Source of the DNA: a virus
UHGV virus genome: UHGV-0123934
Reading direction: 5' to 3' (one strand)
Length of the DNA: 38,805 bases
The notes beneath the pieces are model-generated. The model did not search any database. It saw only the letters and a program-made list of their open reading frames with translations, and was not told where the DNA came from. Below are positions 35,941 to 38,805 of the stretch, piece by piece. A program made the translations under genes and the position numbers. How positions within the stretch are numbered: position 1 is the first letter of the stretch; each line of letters starts with the position of its first letter.

Positions 35941-38805
35941 TTATTCAGGAATGAATTTGTAAATCGCCCGTTCGCGCACGATATAGAGGTCGCCGTAGAT
36001 GAAGAATAATCCCATGATGTTCTCGCCCCAGCCGGCGACGTTCCGGACGTCGGTCGTCGTGTCGTCGCGGAAGTTCCGGATGAAGATACCGTCGTCGTAG
36101 GAGTGCACGACCTCGCTCATCGTATGGTCGGCATGATCCGCCCAGCGTCCCAACCGCCGGAGCAGCGTCCGCTCGGTAATTGAATCCCGCCGGTAGAACC
36201 ACAGCATATCGTCGGCGTTGATGCCGATATAGTTGTCGGAGATGGTGACGATCTGCTCGCCCGCAGCGAATTGCAGCATCTTGCAGGGCTGGTGGAACCG
36301 TTTGTCGTGCAAATAGGCGCCCTGCGAGGTATTCACGACGATCGTATTTTCCGTGCGCCGCAGGGCGAGGATCGCACCCGACATCGGCGTACCCTCGTAG
36401 GCATATCCCCGTCCGCGATAGCCGGTCGAGGCGTCGGGCGAAACGTACTTGCACTCCGGGCGCGAGAGGTAACGATAGGTACGATAGTTCGGATCCTCGT
36501 CCTCTGCCGTGCGGGCGCTGCGTCCGCCGGCATTGCCGCCCCGCGGACCGATATACTGCCGGTAAGATTTCAGGATATGGATATACCCGTCCATGTAGGT
36601 CGCGACGTTGCGGTACTCCTCCGGCGGGACGTATATCCGTTCGACCGTGCCGCGATAGTCGAGGTAGCGGACCTCTTTCCCGTCCACCGCAACGAACCCC
36701 TCGTCCGCTTCGTACATCTCGAAGGACGTCGTGCTGCGATAGATCTCCCGCACCTGCCGCGTAGCGGTATCGAAGGCATAGACCGTCTTTTTATCGGCGG
36801 ACTGGAGCAGCAGTCGGTTCAGGCAGCGGATCGCCTTGCCGACCGTGAAGGAGAGCGTCGCGACCGCTATGCAGTCGTCGCCCTTCGGCGGCTTCTCCGT
36901 CGCGAGCAGATGCGGCATCTCCGTGAGTTCGCTGTTATAGGAGTCGTCGAGGGCATTCAGTTCGATGGAGTTCAGATAATAAGCGGCGTTCAGGAACTTG
37001 TCGTCCCGAACCACCGTATTCATATCGATATGCTGCCCCGTGAAGATCTCGCCCGTGATACGGCGGCTCGGCAGCTGCTTGTACCGCAATGCTCCCTGTA
37101 CGATATGGCCGACGAGCGTGTCGTAGTCGTTCCGATCTTTCGTATGCCAGATGCGCGTGGGATTGCCGGCGGCATCGAGGTAGTAGAGCGCATAGAGCAG
37201 CCGGTCGTTCGGAATGGCGGGAATATCGCTCACGGGCAACGTTACGGACATATCGACGTTGTTCGCGGGATCGACGAGCGACTCGTAGCGCAAACCCTTG
37301 TCGTAGCTGTCGCCCGCATCGATCGAGAGCGTCATCTTGCGGAATGCGGCGCTCTCCTGATAGCCCGAGGTGCGGCCGCTCGGGTTGCCGAAGCGGTCGG
37401 TATAGGTCGTGATCTTGCCTATGAGCGTCTGCCGGATGAAGAACCGCCACTCGCCGTCGCAGGGGATGCCGTCGATCTCGATCTTCATATTCTGCTCGTT
37501 GCCGGTCTTGACCGTACTCGCGATCTCCCCGTCGGAGGACTGCACCCACGAGCCGCTCTCGGTGAGGCTGTATGTCGCCTTCTCGCCGACGATGCGGACG
37601 CCGTAATGCACCGCGACATCGACGCTCTCGTTCGGGCGGTAAACGCCCAATCCCCATTCCCGATGGAAGGTCTGCAACCCGAACTCCCATACGAGCGGGA
37701 AGTTGCACTGCTCGACGGAGAAGCCCCGAGTTACGACCTCCGCACCCCGATAGGCATCTTCGCCGCTGAAATAGAGTTCCTCCCCGCTCTTCACGGAGAC
37801 GAAGCCGTGCGGATCCGTCCAAGCGTCGGGATCGTAGAACCCGATGCGGGCGATCAGGTTGTCGAGGCTCTTGTTCTTTACATCGACCGAGACCTTGCGC
37901 AGCGCAGGGACGATGTCGAGCGTCGAACTTCCCTCGATGTGCAGGTCGCCCGTCCACATACCGTCGATGCGCTCGCGGGCCGCCGACGTGACGACCTGCG
38001 CACCGGTATGGATCACGAGCCGCAGTCCGCTGCCCGTAACGATCCTCCCGACGGGATGCTCCGTGCCGACGCGGTAGAAATTCACGGGACGGGCAGTTCG
38101 GTAGAGCGACACGGCGCGGCGGATATGCAGGGCGCCGTTCGACTGGAAGATCTGTCCGGCGAACGGACGCAGACACAGTTCGAGGATGTCGCGATAGGTA
38201 GGCTCCTCGTAGACGTAATAGAGCCGTTCGAGGTCGATATAGGTTTGACGGAGCGGAGAGGCGTTCTCGTCCATACCCTCGGCATACAGGTCCATCCAGT
38301 CCGCCGTATCGAGATCCAACTCCAACAGGTCGATGCAGGAGGAGAGCAGTTCCCACAGCGACCGTCTGCCCGCGATACCGATATGTACGAGGTCGCGGAA
38401 CGGAATGCTCGACAAGAGGTTGAAGCCGTCCACGGCCTTGATCGTGACGGTATAAGGCGGAGCCGTGAAGTTCTCGGAGTAGAGATCGGAGGTGACGTAG
38501 CCCCGCCAGTAGAGCTGCCGATTGCGGAAGATCGAGACACGAAAATAACGGGGATCGGAGGTGAACAGAGCCAGGTAATGGAAATTCTCCTTGCAGAGGA
38601 TGTTGATGGTCGCCTCCGAAGCCTTGACCGGCACGTAGAACTCGTCGCCCCGTTTCTCCCACGTGATCTGCAACGGCGTACCGCCGTCGAAGGCCATCTC
38701 CTCCGACGGACCTGCGTACCCCCGCTCCGAAATCTCCACGCGCCACAAGACGCCCTTGTACTTAGAGCGAAGTTCAGCGTAATATTTCAGACCAAAAATC
38801 GCCAC
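35941..38805 (-). CDS. large phage structural protein (over 950 aa), N-terminus may lie beyond the window edge
   Basis: Long ORF with diverse, aromatic-rich composition, unlike the Arg/Gly/Pro-rich alternative frame; upstream of the tape measure in the same orientation. Confidence 0.5.
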   Translation of the reverse strand: MAIFGLKYYAELRSKYKGVLWRVEISERGYAGPSEEMAFDGGTPLQITWEKRGDEFYVPVKASEATINILCKENFHYLALFTSDPRYFRVSIFRNRQLYWRGYVTSDLYSENFTAPPYTVTIKAVDGFNLLSSIPFRDLVHIGIAGRRSLWELLSSCIDLLELDLDTADWMDLYAEGMDENASPLRQTYIDLERLYYVYEEPTYRDILELCLRPFAGQIFQSNGALHIRRAVSLYRTARPVNFYRVGTEHPVGRIVTGSGLRLVIHTGAQVVTSAARERIDGMWTGDLHIEGSSTLDIVPALRKVSVDVKNKSLDNLIARIGFYDPDAWTDPHGFVSVKSGEELYFSGEDAYRGAEVVTRGFSVEQCNFPLVWEFGLQTFHREWGLGVYRPNESVDVAVHYGVRIVGEKATYSLTESGSWVQSSDGEIASTVKTGNEQNMKIEIDGIPCDGEWRFFIRQTLIGKITTYTDRFGNPSGRTSGYQESAAFRKMTLSIDAGDSYDKGLRYESLVDPANNVDMSVTLPVSDIPAIPNDRLLYALYYLDAAGNPTRIWHTKDRNDYDTLVGHIVQGALRYKQLPSRRITGEIFTGQHIDMNTVVRDDKFLNAAYYLNSIELNALDDSYNSELTEMPHLLATEKPPKGDDCIAVATLSFTVGKAIRCLNRLLLQSADKKTVYAFDTATRQVREIYRSTTSFEMYEADEGFVAVDGKEVRYLDYRGTVERIYVPPEEYRNVATYMDGYIHILKSYRQYIGPRGGNAGGRSARTAEDEDPNYRTYRYLSRPECKYVSPDASTGYRGRGYAYEGTPMSGAILALRRTENTIVVNTSQGAYLHDKRFHQPCKMLQFAAGEQIVTISDNYIGINADDMLWFYRRDSITERTLLRRLGRWADHADHTMSEVVHSYDDGIFIRNFRDDTTTDVRNVAGWGENIMGLFFIYGDLYIVRERAIYKFIPE

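Larger units (their letters stand above)
1..38805. mobile_element. Prophage-like region (temperate tailed phage, HK97-type head genes) with AT-rich accessory islands; continues past both window edges
   Basis: Replication, integrase, terminase, portal, prohead protease, major capsid, connector, major tail, tail chaperone, tape measure and tail fibre genes recognised from translated ORFs; no flanking host genes or att sites visible in window. Confidence 0.8.

Noticed and set aside
36935-38746. 603-aa minus-strand ORF in an alternative frame of the large structural gene
   Set aside because: Extremely Arg/Gly/Pro-rich; the overlapping 954-aa frame has balanced, aromatic-rich composition

Overview
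The window reads as a GC-rich temperate tailed-phage (prophage) region, probably from a Bacteroidota host (five promoter copies match the TTG / TAnnTTTG -33/-7 pattern). It continues beyond both window edges. The plus strand carries a replication/lysogeny block (HTH protein, replication-organiser-like protein, DnaC-like ATPase, HNH endonuclease, tyrosine recombinase), then an HK97-type head module (TerS, TerL, portal, prohead protease, major capsid, connector, head closure, gp10-like), a major tail protein and a tail chaperone pair with a canonical -1 slippery site. The tape measure, tail fibre and BspA-like LRR genes lie on the minus strand at 26.2-35.1 kb, separated from the chaperones by a 6-kb accessory block (lipoprotein, Dam methylase, PP-loop ATPase, an array of small genes with repeated promoters, Zn alcohol dehydrogenase). 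Four visibly AT-rich islands interrupt the GC-rich backbone, each carrying candidate defence cargo: (1) 8.3-10.3 kb, unknown protein plus HTH-ImmA/IrrE metallopeptidase fusion; (2) 12.1-14.6 kb, type II restriction-modification locus; (3) 17.6-18.8 kb, HigA-like HTH plus AbiEii-like nucleotidyltransferase pair; (4) 30.2-32.8 kb, an 830-aa SIR2 / P-loop NTPase / helical-repeat protein. The SIR2-NTPase gene and the unknown+HTH-ImmA pair are the strongest candidates for a poorly described or novel system. All calls rest on motifs read from the supplied translations; no database search or GC computation was run, and the ORF track translates TTG/GTG starts as M, so several starts were moved to the first in-frame ATG.
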